Assembly (NCBI GenBank): GCA_024137785.1
Contig: JAHRHZ010000073.1
Location: forward strand, 12,347,488 to 12,411,487
Direction of reading: 5' to 3'
From: Ginglymostoma cirratum
Taxonomy: Eukaryota
Length of the DNA stretch: 64,000 nt
Part shown: one piece after another, positions 37,134-51,599 of the stretch
Layout: every line of letters begins with the position of its first letter
How positions within the stretch are numbered: position 1 is the stretch's first letter
Notes under the pieces: model-generated
What the model was told of the DNA's origin: nothing
The model's input: only the letters and a program-made list of their open reading frames with translations
The model's database searches: none
Position numbers and translations under genes: made by a program

Positions 37134-39985
37134 CAGTTTCCAGGCTACACATTTATCATGAAAGAGAAAAGCACTTCTTCAGGATGAGTAGAGTAACACA
37201 GAGGATTCTGTGTAAACTATGATGGTAATATGTCACTTGGTATGAACATTTCAAATTAGAAATAGGCTGTAATATTTGCAGATACATCCTTGCCTGCCTG
37301 TTTGGGTGGTAGCTATTGGTAAATGATGTCTTTATTCTAAAAGTGGAAGTGCCAACTTTATTGTAAATACATTTTCTTATCATCATTGGAAAGTATTCAA
37401 AAATCCGCAAGTTTAGTCAGAATTCAATGTAAAATAACAGTGAAAAATATTTTCTGAGCCAAGTTTACATGTTATGCAGCCTGAACTAAATGCTGTCTGT
37501 TTAATCTTTTGTTCTGACCCAACAGCCTTTTCCTTCAAAAAGGTTATATTTTGGTAAGAGAAAAGGAGCTTTGCCCAAGTAAAGGGTTAAGTACTTCTTG
37601 TCAGTTTGATTGTTCATGGCAACAATATAAGAATAACACTTGCTTTTGTATATGGCTTTATTACAAAGAGAATGCCTCAAGCCCTCCACTTAGAAACATT
37701 CTTTTATGATGCACGGTGCAAAGCAGATGCAATTCTCCGTGATAAATTATGTGTAGGAAGAGAATCCTGGGCAAGATCTGGGTCCCTTATTCTGAAAATT
37801 TTATGAAGTGTCACTGCAATAGCAATATGTAAGAAAGCTATTTGCACTGTCTTACAATTACAATAGCATCACTTTTTTAAACATAGACTTACATTATAGA
37901 ACACAGATAATGACCATTCGGCCCAACAGTCTATGTTGATGCTGAAGCTCTGTCTAAACCTCCTCCTGTCGTCCTTCATCTCATTCAGTGTGGTATAAAA
38001 AGACATTTTCCAACTGTTTAATTCGTTTCAAAGTCACAAATCTTCTATCCATTTGTTCTCTTAGATTGCCTTGCCTGCCAAAAATATACCCAGTAACCTC
38101 TTAAAATTTATATTTTTCACTAATTGTTGGGCAGATGCTTTTACATATTTATTTTCGTCTTCATATATGTTATTTTTATTTGTGTTCACTTTTTTCTCAT
38201 GTAAATTATACTTCCTGTATTCCCCATCAGCGTGTATTTCCTTATCCTGAAGATTGTGAAACATTGAGTTTTGCTGTCAGATCCACTTTATTTATTGCGC
38301 GGCTTTCTTAAGTACTTCAATGTGATCACATCTAGGCACCCTATTTTGAATATTAAGCAACACAATACTTACTTTAAACTACATTTAACCTTGTTTCTTA
38401 AAACTTCATCCAATATTTGTACTCCCTGTTATTTCAGATCATCCCTTTGCAGCATGGATTTAGAACTGCGCATAATTCTCAAGGTTCACCATTTTATGGT
38501 AGCTAATGATTTCTCTGTAGGATTTACGCTCTGTTCTTCAAGCCAGAAATTCCAAAGTGCTGTTTGTCTTTTTGCTGACCAGTCCAGTGCTGCTACTACC
38601 ATAAAATTTCCCATTAAGTATTGTCTGGATGAACAGCAGATGAATGTAGTATATTGTCAGGATCAAGGCGATCTTTAGAATAATTGTATGATTTGCCATT
38701 GTGAATTCATATTAATACCTTATATCCATCTGAAAGGGCAAACATCACTTCACTTTAATATTTTATTCAAAATTTATGGTCTGAGACTGCATTACTCCCT
38801 TAGTGCTACACTGGAGTGTCAATCCGAATTCTGTGCTCATGTAATTGGAGTAGAACTTTCACAGTCAAAGACAAGAGAGCTGTTGATGACCCAATATTGA
38901 CATAAAATACATAAATATTCTATAAAATGTTAAGGTTATGAGCTTAATTTTATATATCCGTTATTTATGAATAAGGCTGCCACCAAGAGCAGGAGTAAAT
39001 TAGATACAAACACTGGAGTGTAACACCAGAAACACCTATAATTGAAATTCTTAGATACATTAAGGAGATTACAAATTGAAATACAGAGAGAGCCCAGACA
39101 GAGCATGGGCATTAATTAGAAAGCTTTGTTCTTATATTTAATTATATGAATGGATCATTTCAGTTTAGTAGGATATATTATTTCCCAACCAACTAAGATA
39201 TAAACAACTGTGGTGGAGTTCATCCAGGAAATTAACTCCAATTGAATGTTGTTTAATTGGAAAAAAAAGGAGATAAACCTGAGGTTCGACTCAAATGTTG
39301 ATTGAGCGTTTATTCTGAGTTATCAAAATAAAATTATGAATCCAGCATAGAGTCTACAAAGCTAAAGCTAAAACGGACTGATAGAAGAAAATATAATGCA
39401 TTATTGGAGGGAGGTGGAGAGACACTTGGGAGGTTAGTTTTCCACTTTGGCTTCAATAAAAAAAGAAAATTCAGCAAGGAAAATTGCTGTCAATAGGCGT
39501 TTTATGCCCTGCCTCAGCTGCAAGCCCTAGCCAATAGTTTCCTTATTTTAATACTTGAAATATCAGCAAATAACATTCAACAAATAGATTGTGTTGATAA
39601 ATTTAATTAAGTATTCCTTACCTGTAATACTTTCTGCCAGTCAATGTAATTTAGTAATTGTAAGTTTTGTAAAATATGTTTTCTTACATTGCTATGCTGA
39701 TGAACAGAACAAATGGACTCTTTCCAAGTATAACTTAACCCTTCCCAATAAAATGTTGACGTAGATTGAGAACGTAGGATGTTGCCATAGTGTAGAGGTG
39801 ACTTTTTAACCCAATGCCCTAGTTTATTTTAAAGCAAGGATGCCCATTGGTCTATTTTTTTTAATTACCTTTATTCTTGTGACTCCCACAGTTCTGATTT
39901 GTTCATAGGCTATTTTGTTTAATGACTGGAATGTGAAGTCCTTATTAAGTTTAAATAAAAGTGTATTTTTGTTAAATAGATCAGG
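37134..39985 (+). other. Probable CLVS2 3' UTR; candidate polyA signals AATAAA at 39455, 39747 and 39954
   Basis: AT-rich, repeat-poor stretch after the stop codon. AATAAA at 39954 is followed by GT/T-rich sequence. The true end is unknown. Confidence 0.45.
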
Positions 39986-40639
39986 TCACTGAAATAATCA
40001 ACTGCAGATAAAAGCTCTCAGGAAAAATATTGGAGTTTGTTTTGCATAATCATTCATTTTTATTGCAGTTTAATTTATTTTTCAATACGGTATTACTTGG
40101 AGAATTATGTCATAATTAATTTAAACAGCTTTCACAATAATAATGAAAGAAAACAGAATATTTACTTCAATCAGTGTATGTTTACCAAATGATGTAAAAA
40201 CAAATAAGCCATATAAAACAAAATAATCTGGAAGCATACATATACAAAGATACCACTGAAAGGTATATTCTTACCTTTCCTGACATGATTGATTTGTGCT
40301 AAAACTACAGTGTTATTTCCAAGACTGTCGACATGAGGTGCATTATACTGTAACCTTTTGATGAGTACTGTATGCTTAAAATGTCTCTCCCTTTATCATG
40401 AATTCTCAATTCCTGTATTTGTCAATCTTTATTCAAGATTAGAAAAAATGTATTTTCTCGTCCATAATTCACAATGTAATTTTTCATGCCTGAAGCAAGG
40501 AAGACCTTTCAGTGAGGTGCAAATTATTAGTCATTTGCTCCTAGATACCAGATAACACAGATCTTGTTAAAGGGACAATCTCCATACTGGACAATTGCTA
40601 CATTCTCGTCATTGGAGTTTTAGTCTCCAACTCTACCTT

Positions 40640-42290
40640 TTGACACTATGTAATTTCGGATGGAAGAAAGCTATTCAGCCCATCGAGCCCATGCCAACCA
40701 TCTGAAGAGCAAAAAAATAAGTTCCTTATTCTGTTCCCATAGCCCTGTACACTCGTTTCTTACAAGTGCTGAAACACTTTCGTTGTAAAATTGTTCATCA
40801 TCTCTACTTCCACTAACATTATAGACAGTGAGTTGCAGGTCTTTATCATTTGCTTTGTAAAACATTCTTCCTCACATGCTTCCCAGCATCTTTTGCTCCA
40901 AATTTAAAACAATGTTTCCAGTCCTTGTACAATCATATAGTGGAATTAGCTTTTCTTTGTTTACCTCAGCAAAACCTACTACATATTTTATGTCCAGTAT
41001 CAAATCCCTCTCAATTTCCATAATTTCAAGGAGAACAACACCAGCTTCTCTGCCGAATATTACAACTAAAATCTATCCTCCCTGGAACCATTCTGGTAAG
41101 TCAATTCTGCACATTTTCAAGGACTTTCATATATGTCTTATACTGTGGTGACAAGATCTGGACACAGTATTCTAATTGTAGTTTCAACAGAGCTTTTCAC
41201 AAGTTCAACACCATATTCCTGCTTTTGTGCTCTGAATTTCAAATGATGAAGCTCAATATCCCATGTTCTTTGATGACCACGCTCTCAATATACCCCAATA
41301 CCTGAAAAGATCTAAATACATGAACTACCAGCCTAAATACCTTTTTTACAACTGTGCCATTCAGTCTCTATTATCTTTCCCTATTCTTTCTGCCTAAACA
41401 TATCACATCAAACTTATTTGTATTAAATTCTGTCTATCACTTGTATGGTTATTATGTCAGCCTATTTCAATCTTTTTGCAGTCAGTTGGCCCGCTTCATT
41501 CCCAGCATCAAATCTAGCAAGCCGTCTTTTCCAGTTGGATTAAAAACATGCTGGTCAAAGAAGTTTTCCTGAACATATTTCAGATATTCTTTCTCCTGCC
41601 CTTACCTTTCACTTTAATATCATCATGACTCTGTACTTCTTGCACATTTCTGCAATTTTGCCACTCTGTCCCTCACTATTTAAAGGCCTCTAGCAGCATG
41701 AGCTTTATGCTTTGGAACTCTAACTAAACAAATTCTGCCCTTGGCCTCTCCAGCATATCCTATCTTTTCTAAATTGCAATGACCTCCTTATCAGTACTCC
41801 TACCTGACCTACTTGTTTTATTGTGCCCTATCTATTCTGACCATGGAACATTATATAATGACTGTCTTTTGTACTTCACCCAGAGGCACTCCCTTTGTTG
41901 TTGGTATCTTGGGCTGGACTGAACTTCCAGCATTTTCACGGATACTGTTCTGATTGTGGCTCACACAGCCCAAAAATACTTGTTCTTCCTGCCTCTTATA
42001 AGTCTTCTGGATGCTGGCCCAACGACTGTCCTGAACTCTCATTGCCTGCGTGCAGTGTATGGGACAAGGAACCTCACATCCTTGTTAATATTCTGGAGTG
42101 ATTACAGCTGCCCCTCAGTCTCAGAAATCCTGAACTGCGGCTGAAACAGTTGGAGATACTTCCTACACCCTGATCCACAAAGGGACATGGAATAACCTGA
42201 GACCCCTATATGACACAGGAATTGCAAGCAACAGATCCCAGTTGTCCATTCATGATCTAACCAATTTCTATTCCCTGTTTTAGAATCTGA
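40640..42290 (-). mobile_element. Decayed CR1 LINE (3' tail, RT, EN and ORF1 remnants)
   Basis: Tail-like CTATTCAGCCCATCGAGCC at about 40670; ORF1-like CPIHCTQAM / GVPLG at 41.9-42.2 kb. Confidence 0.55.
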
Positions 42291-42639
42291 TTAAAATCTA
42301 TTTACCTGATATATTCTTATAATAGTCAATCCCATCTAAGAGTGAACCTTTGGTCTGAAAATCCTTAGTTTTGCATATGTCACGTGTATAAGTAGATCCC
42401 AGACTTATGGCCCCAAAATCCTTCATTTTCATATACCTTGTACAGAGTTGGTGCAGACATTCTGTTGAGTTTTTGTTTTTTAAAAAGAATTGTGCTTTTC
42501 TGGGAAATGCCGGTTAACAGCCTTGGGAGAGCCGTCAGTGTTAAATTCAGCACCATGGTCAGCATCCAGTGTCTGTATCATTATCAGCAGTTCCAAAAGA
42601 AGTGGCTTGGATTTCTACACCTTAAAAGTATCACTGCTG

Positions 42640-43380
42640 AAAGAGTCATAAGAGCTTTTAACAGCACAAAAAGAGACCCTTTGGTCTATCATTTCCTCCC
42701 AGGTCATCAAACGTCTATCTATTCTACTCCCATTTTCCCGTTGTTAGTCCTTACAAAATTGATCACTTCACACTTTTCAGGATTAAATTCCATTTGCCCC
42801 TGTCCAGCCCATCTGACGAGCCATCTATAATGTACTGTAGTCTAAGGTTTTTCTCCTTGCCGTTGACCACATCACCTATTTTCATGTCATAAACTTACTG
42901 ACCATACTTCTTACATTCATGTCTAGCTTATTGACATACGCAACAAACAACAACAGATCAATCAACAAATCCAATGATACGCTACTGGACACAGACTTTC
43001 AGTTACAATAACGTCTTTCAACCGTCATCCTCTGCTTCCTGCCACTAATCCAGTTTTGGATCCCATTTGCAAAATTGTCCTAGATTCCATGGGGTCTTAG
43101 CATCTGTCATGTGAGACTTTGTTAAAAGCCTGACTGAAGTATATATAGACTAAACCAACTGCAATGCCCTCATCTACTCACCTAGTCACTTCGAAAAATC
43201 AGTAAAATTTGTTAGACATGATCCCCCTTTTTCAAAGCCATGTTGATTATCCTTGATTAATCCTTGCCCTTTCATGTGAAGGTTTATGCCCTTGCAAACT
43301 CCTCCCTTGCCTCCCATAGCAGCGTGGATAGCATCCTGGGATTTTTTCTACTTTCAAGCCTGCGAAAACCTCATCCGTCT
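42640..43380 (-). mobile_element. CR1 LINE RT fragment
   Basis: - strand similarity to the CR1 RT segment (QHGF..G.SCLTN, DFSQAFNKVSH-like). Confidence 0.6.
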
Positions 43381-46300
43381 CACTGCTAAGAGATGGTTTC
43401 TAACAACAAGATAATGGTCATCATTAGATTTTTAATTCCAGTCTTACTTGTTAAATTCAGATTCCACCATCTGCTAGAGTAAGATTTAAACCCAGCTCCC
43501 CAGAATGTTACCTGGATCTCTGGATTACAACTCCAGCAATATCACTAGGCCACATTGTTGTGATAACATTACTCTGGGGTGTGGATTTACTCGTCCACTT
43601 CATTGCCACATCCTGTAATTATCAATTACTAATTTTTGACTGAAAAACTGGTGTCGAGACCTGACTTTTAAATGGGTATATACAGTTGTATGAATTCTCA
43701 AGCATTATGAAGTTAAGCAGTTATCTGTGATGCTCTTTTAACTGATTTGGAAGGTATATTGAGATAAATTTAGCCACATTCAAAGAACCTTTCCTAACAT
43801 GAGTGGAGATCAGAGACCTAGACCTTCATATTAAAGCCCTATTTCTAATATTAACCATTGTCTAGTTTCTGATCTGCTGTCCATCTGTCAAATGTCTGTG
43901 TTTTTAGCACAGAAGGAGGCTTTTTGTTTCTGTCATGTCTGCTCTGGCTCCCTGAATGAGCAATTCACCTTATCTCTGTAACCCTACACACTCTTGCTTT
44001 TTAGTTAAACCAATTCCCTCCTGAATGCCCGCCTCTATTACATTCTCAGACAGTGCCAAGAGTCCAACCATTTCTTTGAAGTAAAACTCAGCTGTTGGGC
44101 CTTGCAAAGATATTCTGTCATAATTTTATCTACAGGGTTGATGGCTTGTGTGCAGCTTTTCTCCACATGTTGTCCCTGGAGAAAGCTGTCAATCATCCCA
44201 TTGCATTAAGAAAGCCAAGTGGTGGTAGTGTACACGGCCTTCCCTCCTGACTTTTATATCACTCTGAAGTTTTGTTAAGTGACCTTGTGATTGAAGAACC
44301 CATGGTCTTCTTTCAAAACATCAGAAAGAATTATCCTTCATATGAAATATTTCAAGACTGCTTCTAACATGATGGAAAAACAAGCTAAGCATGAAAACTC
44401 ACTTTGTGGTCTATTTTCCAACATTCATTTCTATTTTTCTATCCTAATTAAAATTAAATAACATTTCCTGATCACATTTTTATTTTTAAAAACAAGTAAA
44501 TGAAACTACACCCTTTATTACTAAAATGTTGTCAGTTGGTAGACTACAATATTGTCTAATAATTTTGCTAAAAACTGAAGGTTAAAGTTGGAAAGATTTG
44601 GCCTGTAATTTGGATCATGCCATTGTGCTACACATTATACATGCCTGGTGAGACTGGTAAAAAGATCACAACCAATTAATTAGTGGATCTCATTAGGCTG
44701 GTGCCAGCAAGCTGGGGGTGCCACCCTGACCCAGAAACAACTTGACATCTAAGGAGACTGGTGGGGTCAGTAAAGTGATGTAAACTCAGTCAGTGGCCAA
44801 GTCTTTAAAGAGTGTCCATGTCCCTGTGGGAGTTGCAGGGACTGGGGAACATGCAATCAGGTTTGGGACTGTGGAGTGATTGGGGCAGCAATGACCAACA
44901 TAGGTCCTCCATGTTAATATGATGTTAGAAAGAGCCCCTGACTCCACAGTAGTGTAAATTGAACTTTACCCTTCTCCGTGGGATAGTAAGTTCCAGAACT
45001 TCTTTTATAGACTGCTATATTGGTTTTGAGTACCTAAAAAACTGTCTACAGTATTGGCTGTGGAGGTTAGCAGAGAAACTTGAAATGGGTATCGGTGCCG
45101 TTCTTTCCATCCCAGATGAAGATATGTGTCCTAGATGCCTATTGAACTGCTGAAACCAATATGTGAATTTCAAATGCAGGAAACACACATAAAGTGGGTA
45201 CAATTCAGAGTTAAGGCTGTTATTAATCTGATTTAATTAATGTTAAATTTTTATCTAACAGAAAGGGAAGGTTCAATCTACAGTGATTTAACTCGCAGCA
45301 ACTGCATCTCCCTAGGAACTCCCAGGTGGCCTTTACTGCATTTCACTAGCTGACTGCCTCTGTAGTCATCACTCAGCCCTTTAATTCATGTTAATATCTA
45401 ATCTCTAGCATTGAAATATACTTTTGAAATTTGGTGCTGCTGTACCAATTTTTATTTGAATCAAGCAAAGGTCGAATAACATGACTGAAATCTACCTTCA
45501 ATCCACTGTGCTGACATACTATCAGTGGACAGGTCATGTTATTCATCAAGAGTGGGAAATGACTGAAGATGGGAGTTTAACTGTTTGAACTGTGGCTGCA
45601 ATTTCCTCACCATGCTTATGTTCATTTTTAAAAGTGATTTTAAATAATTAAAATGAGATTCCTAATTAATTTGTCAAAAATACTTTCTTAAAAATAACTG
45701 TTTCAGATGTCATGTGTGTGTGCTGTTAGACATTCATTTTATGCAATATTTTGTTCTTTATTTCTGGGGTAAAGTTCACTTGTCCCTGTTTCTTAGTTTG
45801 GCAAATCTGATTAAATTTAGTGCATGTTCTAAATACCTTTACTGTGATGAAATTGCATAGCTTATTATCCATTAGAATTGCATTTAAGGCAGATTAACAG
45901 TCATTCATCATATTTCTAACTTTTCTTTTATTTTGGATAGACTAACATGACATCTCTCATTCACTGGGATGGGAGTTTGTGCCAATAGTGAATACAACAA
46001 TAAAAATGAAGGTGTAAAATACAGCCACTCTTGCAAAGCATGAGCTTTCTAAAGGTTAATAAGCAACTGAAAAAGAATGAATGACTTCTGTTTCCATTTT
46101 TGTAATCCCTAAAACTTTCTAATACCCGAGTTAGTCTATGGACATCTGCATTAGCAGTTTAAGATGGAAAACTTGCAAGAAAAGCCATAACACATCCGCT
46201 TAAATATTTGTAAGAAATTCGAAAAATTTACAAATGCAACGGCATTCAAATTAAAATTTAAACATTTCAAGTAATAGCTATTATCATGCTGATGGAAATT

Positions 46301-47429
46301 GAATTTCCAATTTAAAACAAAGTCTTGTATCTTTAAGTTGTGAAATTGAGAAAGGGCAAGGTAAAGCTAACATTCTTCGTGAAGTTCATGGCATTTAATC
46401 CTCTTCTTGGTCCCCTTTAAAGATTGCTTATAATTGAAGCATAGCTTACAAATACACTCCTGTAACACATCAAATGGATTTGCCCTTCATACAGCCATTT
46501 TTAAAGTTTGAAAACTGGAAACTTCTCATGAACTATATATTTTTTTCCTCTGAGCTAGGATGAATTGAAGCAAAAATGTAAACCAGTTACATAAATGTGA
46601 GAAATTAAATGGATTTACATTAATTAACTCAGATTTGCTTTAAGTCTCAGAGAATGGTTCTGAATTTAAAACAAGTGAAATGCAAACTTTGGCACAGGCA
46701 GCCAAGGCAAAATATCATCATCTTTATCAGCATGCACCACTCTGAAGTGCATTACTCCTTTTAGTGAAAAAAGCTCCTGATGAAGGGAAGGTTTAAGATA
46801 TTATCATTTTAATACAATAAATAAAACTCTTATCAATGAAATGAACATTTATTTTATTTTTTGCACAATTTTGTTTTACTTTCAGCTGCTTTTAAAGGTA
46901 TGTTTTTGATCTTTTGCCAAATACTAAGGCACAGAAATAAAATGAAAGCTCGTTGTTATGGTAACTATTATTTGGTTGCTGCTCACTCTGCCAATATTTA
47001 TTTTGTTGTCAAAAATTACATCTATCATATTTCTAATTGAAGCAATGGCTATAGGTGATGCTTGTATAAGAAAGTGACTGATTCTTGGATCTGTGCCATT
47101 TTTGTTCGTTAGGCATTGATACTGTTCAGATTATAAAATTCACATTCAAATATTGATGACTTTTATCTGTTTTACACAACGATGTTGCAAGTTTTACGAG
47201 TATTGTGTGCACCATTTTCATACATGCAGTAACTATTTTATGAACTGTGGAAAGATGCAAAATACACTGGACAAATGTAAAATTTGAAATCAGCATAACT
47301 TACCTCATTGCACACAATTTTATGTTGCTGTGTTAATTTATTTACATATACTATTGTGTACCATAATTTCATAAAAATACCCTATTTTCTACCAAATTCG
47401 GTTTTGGTTATTGTGTAAAGTTAACACTA

Positions 47430-48075
47430 AAAGGCAGAGTTTATAGATGGCAGTGGTTTCCTCCCCATTGACGACAACATTGCTATTAAAGTCACCCCTG
47501 CTGCAACAGGCCCAGAGCCCTTTAATGCGTATAGCTTGAGGTATGTCTTTGCCTGGCACTCCATAGTCTCAGCAGTACTACTGCGATATCCAGTCGCCAA
47601 GAAGAAGAGGATGATGATGGGTTTGGCTGTCCATCGTGAAGCCAGGATCTGAGGCCCCATTGAAGACCTGAGGGTGCCAAGTGGGCTAGTAGGCGAAGAG
47701 AAAACACGAGGGAGCTGCTGACACAGGGAGTGCTTCCAATTGGAAAAGGGGGTCTGATGAGGAGACACTTCTCCCGCCCCAGATTCTTTCCAGCTGGAGG
47801 TCCAAGGAGTCTAATTTGGTGGACTTTCACCAAAATCTCTCCCATCCAAAGCATTGTGACTGAGCAGAAAGTGTCCTATAAGTGGCCATTAATTGGTCAA
47901 TTAAGAGGCTGAATAGGCGTGAGGAATGGCGTGCTGCCTGATGCCTTGTCCGCTGCCACCCATTAAATCACAGGCATGTCAAGGATATGTGATTAAGCAA
48001 CAGCGAAGGCACCCACAGAATTTTACTGACTTTGCCATGTGAAACCCACCGTCTCAACAGTGGACTGAAATGTTC
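47430..48075. mobile_element. Probable non-autonomous DNA transposon (Harbinger-like MITE) relic
   Basis: GC-richer block containing AAGTGGCCATTAATTGGTCAATTAAG, a motif also seen at about 58135 (AAGTGGTCATTAATTGTCCAA). Family assignment is an inference. Confidence 0.35.
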
Positions 48076-48077
48076 TT

Positions 48078-48400
48078 AGAATCTTAGAATCCCTACAGTG
48101 TGGAAACAGGCCCTTCAGCCCAACAAGTCCACACTGACCCTCCTAGCATCCCACCCAGACCGATCCCCCTATAACCCACCTGCACATCCCTGAACACTAT
48201 GGGGCAAGTTAGCATGGCCAATCCACCTAGCCTGCACATCTTTGGACTGTAGGAGGAAACTGGAGCATCTGGAGGAAACCCACGCAGACATGGGGTGAAT
48301 GTGCAAATTCCACACAGACAGTTGCCTGAGGGTGGAATCAAATCCAGGTCCCCGATGCTGTGAGGCAGCAGTGCTAACCACTGTGTCACCATGCCGCCCC
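48078..48400 (-). repeat. HE1-like SINE
   Basis: Full-length similarity to 3768-4090. Confidence 0.85.
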
Positions 48401-51400
48401 TTAGCGAATAGCAGAGGATCGTTCTGCTCAAGTGTTGATTTCTGTAAAAATTTGACTTCCATTGTCATTAACACATTTGGGTCTTTTTCATATTTATAAG
48501 CTACCCTCTAAATATCCATTAATCCAAAAGATACCTGCTCTGATTTCTTCAGTTTCTAAAGTAGAATAAGCAAGATTGAATAAACAAAACAGCAAAGACA
48601 ACATAGATGTGGAAGGAGAAATGGACAGAGTCTGGAAACACTAAGTCAGCATCCAAAAGTGGAACTGGAGAGATATCCTGGTGGAGCATCGGAAATGGTG
48701 AGCAGGCGCTCATTTCCTAAGTTGACCTGAATGCCAGGAAAAACCTGAGTTAAGTTATTGTGGCAGCAGTAGACCCTACTAAAAAAAGGTCAATGTCCTC
48801 AGGTATGTTGATCTCCTTAAACAAGAAGTCAGCTGATTGACAGCATTAAAGAAATAGTGTTTCACAATGTTTTCTCCCTCCTACTCCTGTGGTTGTTGAA
48901 AACACAATCATAATGCTGTGGACGCTCACTGTAGGTAAAGTAATAAGCTAATGCCATCCTGACTCCAGATATTCTGGAGCAATTAACCTCACCACCAGAC
49001 TTAGAGTGGTGTAGCAAGCTTAAAGATTTCCAGGACATTCTCAAGGAGAGAGGGCTACGTTTTACTATTCTGCACCAGTGACCAAGGTATCTCTCCACTG
49101 CAACTCGCAATGGTCCAGCAGCCACCAGCAGAGAGTTAGTGGCCTCACTACTTGCTTATGCTCAGGAAGGCTACTGTCACTTTCTACTTGTTGCTGATAG
49201 ATAAAATGGTACTGGTCAGGTTACTGCAAGCATAACTGCCTACTAGTGTAATTAATTGCTGCAAGTGGAACATTTCAATTTACAAAATAGGTTATTTTCA
49301 TGGAATTATGGAGAATGTAAGTTATTGTTATGCAATATTTACTTGCAAAGTATCTGCGAAAATGTAACTCCGACCTTGTGTAAAAGCTTTCATTAAAATG
49401 CCATGCTATGTATAAGCTCTTTGTATTATGGTGTTAAACTTCACAGGAGGCCTAAGTCTGTTGAGTTTCAATCTTTTGAAGTAATACTCACTATTTTTGG
49501 CTAGAAAATGTAAACTTTCTGTACGTCCCACTCTTTGAAAATAAATGCATCTCTATATATTTAAATAGCCTCTTTATTCATTACAAAGTGTCACTTTTGA
49601 TAGTATATCTAATTCTTTCCAGGTGTGCATGATAAGGTTCCAGTCTAAAATAGTCTGAGACATTTTAATTATATGGAACTATCCTTGGACTGAACTATCA
49701 ATACCACAAGCAACTCTTTTCCAAGATTTTCACCGAACAGATCCCCAAAAGGTTTACCCAGAGAATGTGAGGCTTTAAGACTTCAGTCAACTGGTTCAGA
49801 ATTGGAGGATTAGAAGGGGCCTCCTGGATTAATTAATCATCAATACAGTCATGGTTGGGGAGGTGGGGAAGTGGGTAAGCAGCAGGATCTTTCAGGCCTG
49901 TAACTTCAAGATGTGTACTCCTGTAAGATGGAGTGGCTGCCAGTTTATTATAAAAACATGCCATGCAAGTTAACTGAATATTTTTAAAACAGCCTGAATT
50001 TTTACAGTGGTAGAAATTTTTACAGTGGTAGAAATTCAGGTCTGTTTATTTTTAATCCACACTCTTCCAACTCAGGCTGGATAATTCTTCTGAAAACAAA
50101 TGGTGAGGTCTGCAATTCCTGCGCGTTCAGCCTTCATTAGACTGTGGTAATAAGAACTTCAAATATGGGCCACTGGTAAGTACATAATGCTTTTATGGTT
50201 ATTCTTGCTGTGGCTTTGCTGGAAGCAATCAAGACCTTTAACTGGGGAAGCAAATCTATGTCAGATTGGGGGTAAGGAAAAAATTAAGGACTTGTAGAAA
50301 GGAAGAGGAGATTGGGGGATGCTATTGGCATGAATGAAATCTTTCTAAACTGTAACCATTCTCTGATTCTAGACTTTGTAAACATCAGTTGCATCCGTAA
50401 GCTGATAACTGTGCTTCGACGTTCTTGTATTCTGTTTTCCAGCCTTTCCACCTGACAGTTCCCAATGACCAAAACTTTCATACCAGGAGGTTTCTTGATC
50501 AAGTGGTGCAGATAATGTCATAACTCAGCATAATTTACCATGCACTGTTGTGAAAATCCTACCCAGATGTTGGCACTGAGAAAAGCACTGGCTTTTGGGT
50601 TTTTAAGTCCTCTGAGATGGTTCATAGTGTCTCTATACCACATCTTACTGAAGATAGAAACGATACTCATATTAAAGAGACTGTAAGGGAGAGTTGGGGA
50701 AGCATGCAACTTGCCTCGTATGCATTAGTGAGTTGCTAAACTTCATGCATTGCAAATTAATTGAGGTTCAACTATTTAGTTGTCAGTGCCCAAATCACTT
50801 CTATTCTCAGAGGATGTACTACATTTTTGATAATTTCCAGCCCTTGCTCCCAAACATAATTTATTTGCTTCATATCTCTGTTCAGAGGTTCAGCTTCCTG
50901 AAGTCTGCTGATTATTTCTTCGATGTGCCTGCCACTAGTGTTCCTTTGCCTCCATTGTTCCTTTAAGCAGTGGCAGGTTTTAGATCCTGTCGCTGTATTA
51001 AATCCACACATTGGCTCCAAGTACTTTTTGACTCCTTCCTCCGCCAGTGTCTACTTGAGATCTAACTCTCAATCTGCTGCTAATTCACACAGCCCTCCCC
51101 CAGTATGTGAAGTGTGCAGACTCTATTTATACAACCTACCTGTATCTATGTATGTTGGCTGACCCCACAACTCGCAGCAAGTACAAAGAGCTCTGAATTC
51201 CTATCCTGCCAACAGTGTAACGATGTAGTTGGAGTGTTGGCTCCTTTTGCATTTAAAAGGAGTTTGGTAATATAATGTCTTCGTCGTATTCGTTTCTTAG
51301 CACAGGAAACAAAATCATCCATATGTGACAACTTCACATAACTAACTACTTTTACTTTCCCTGATTGACTACATTCCAAACAATGGCTAATTTTTCTTGG

Positions 51401-51599
51401 CATATTACAAGCTGTATATGCCAGTGCTGTACACATACTGGAAGGTATACTGGATCTTATTGATTCAATGACAGGAGCCAAGATCGCAGATGGTGAAATG
51501 TTAAAATGTCTGCACCTCCTTCCACTGATTTTTGTGATTTGGACACCTTACAATCATTTGCAGTGTTTTGCAATACTTTCAATTACAAATTTTTATTTC

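Noticed and set aside
38271-38678. 135-aa + strand ORF after CLVS2
   Set aside because: Composition is not protein-like. It lies in the presumptive 3' UTR and partly resembles antisense CR1 debris.
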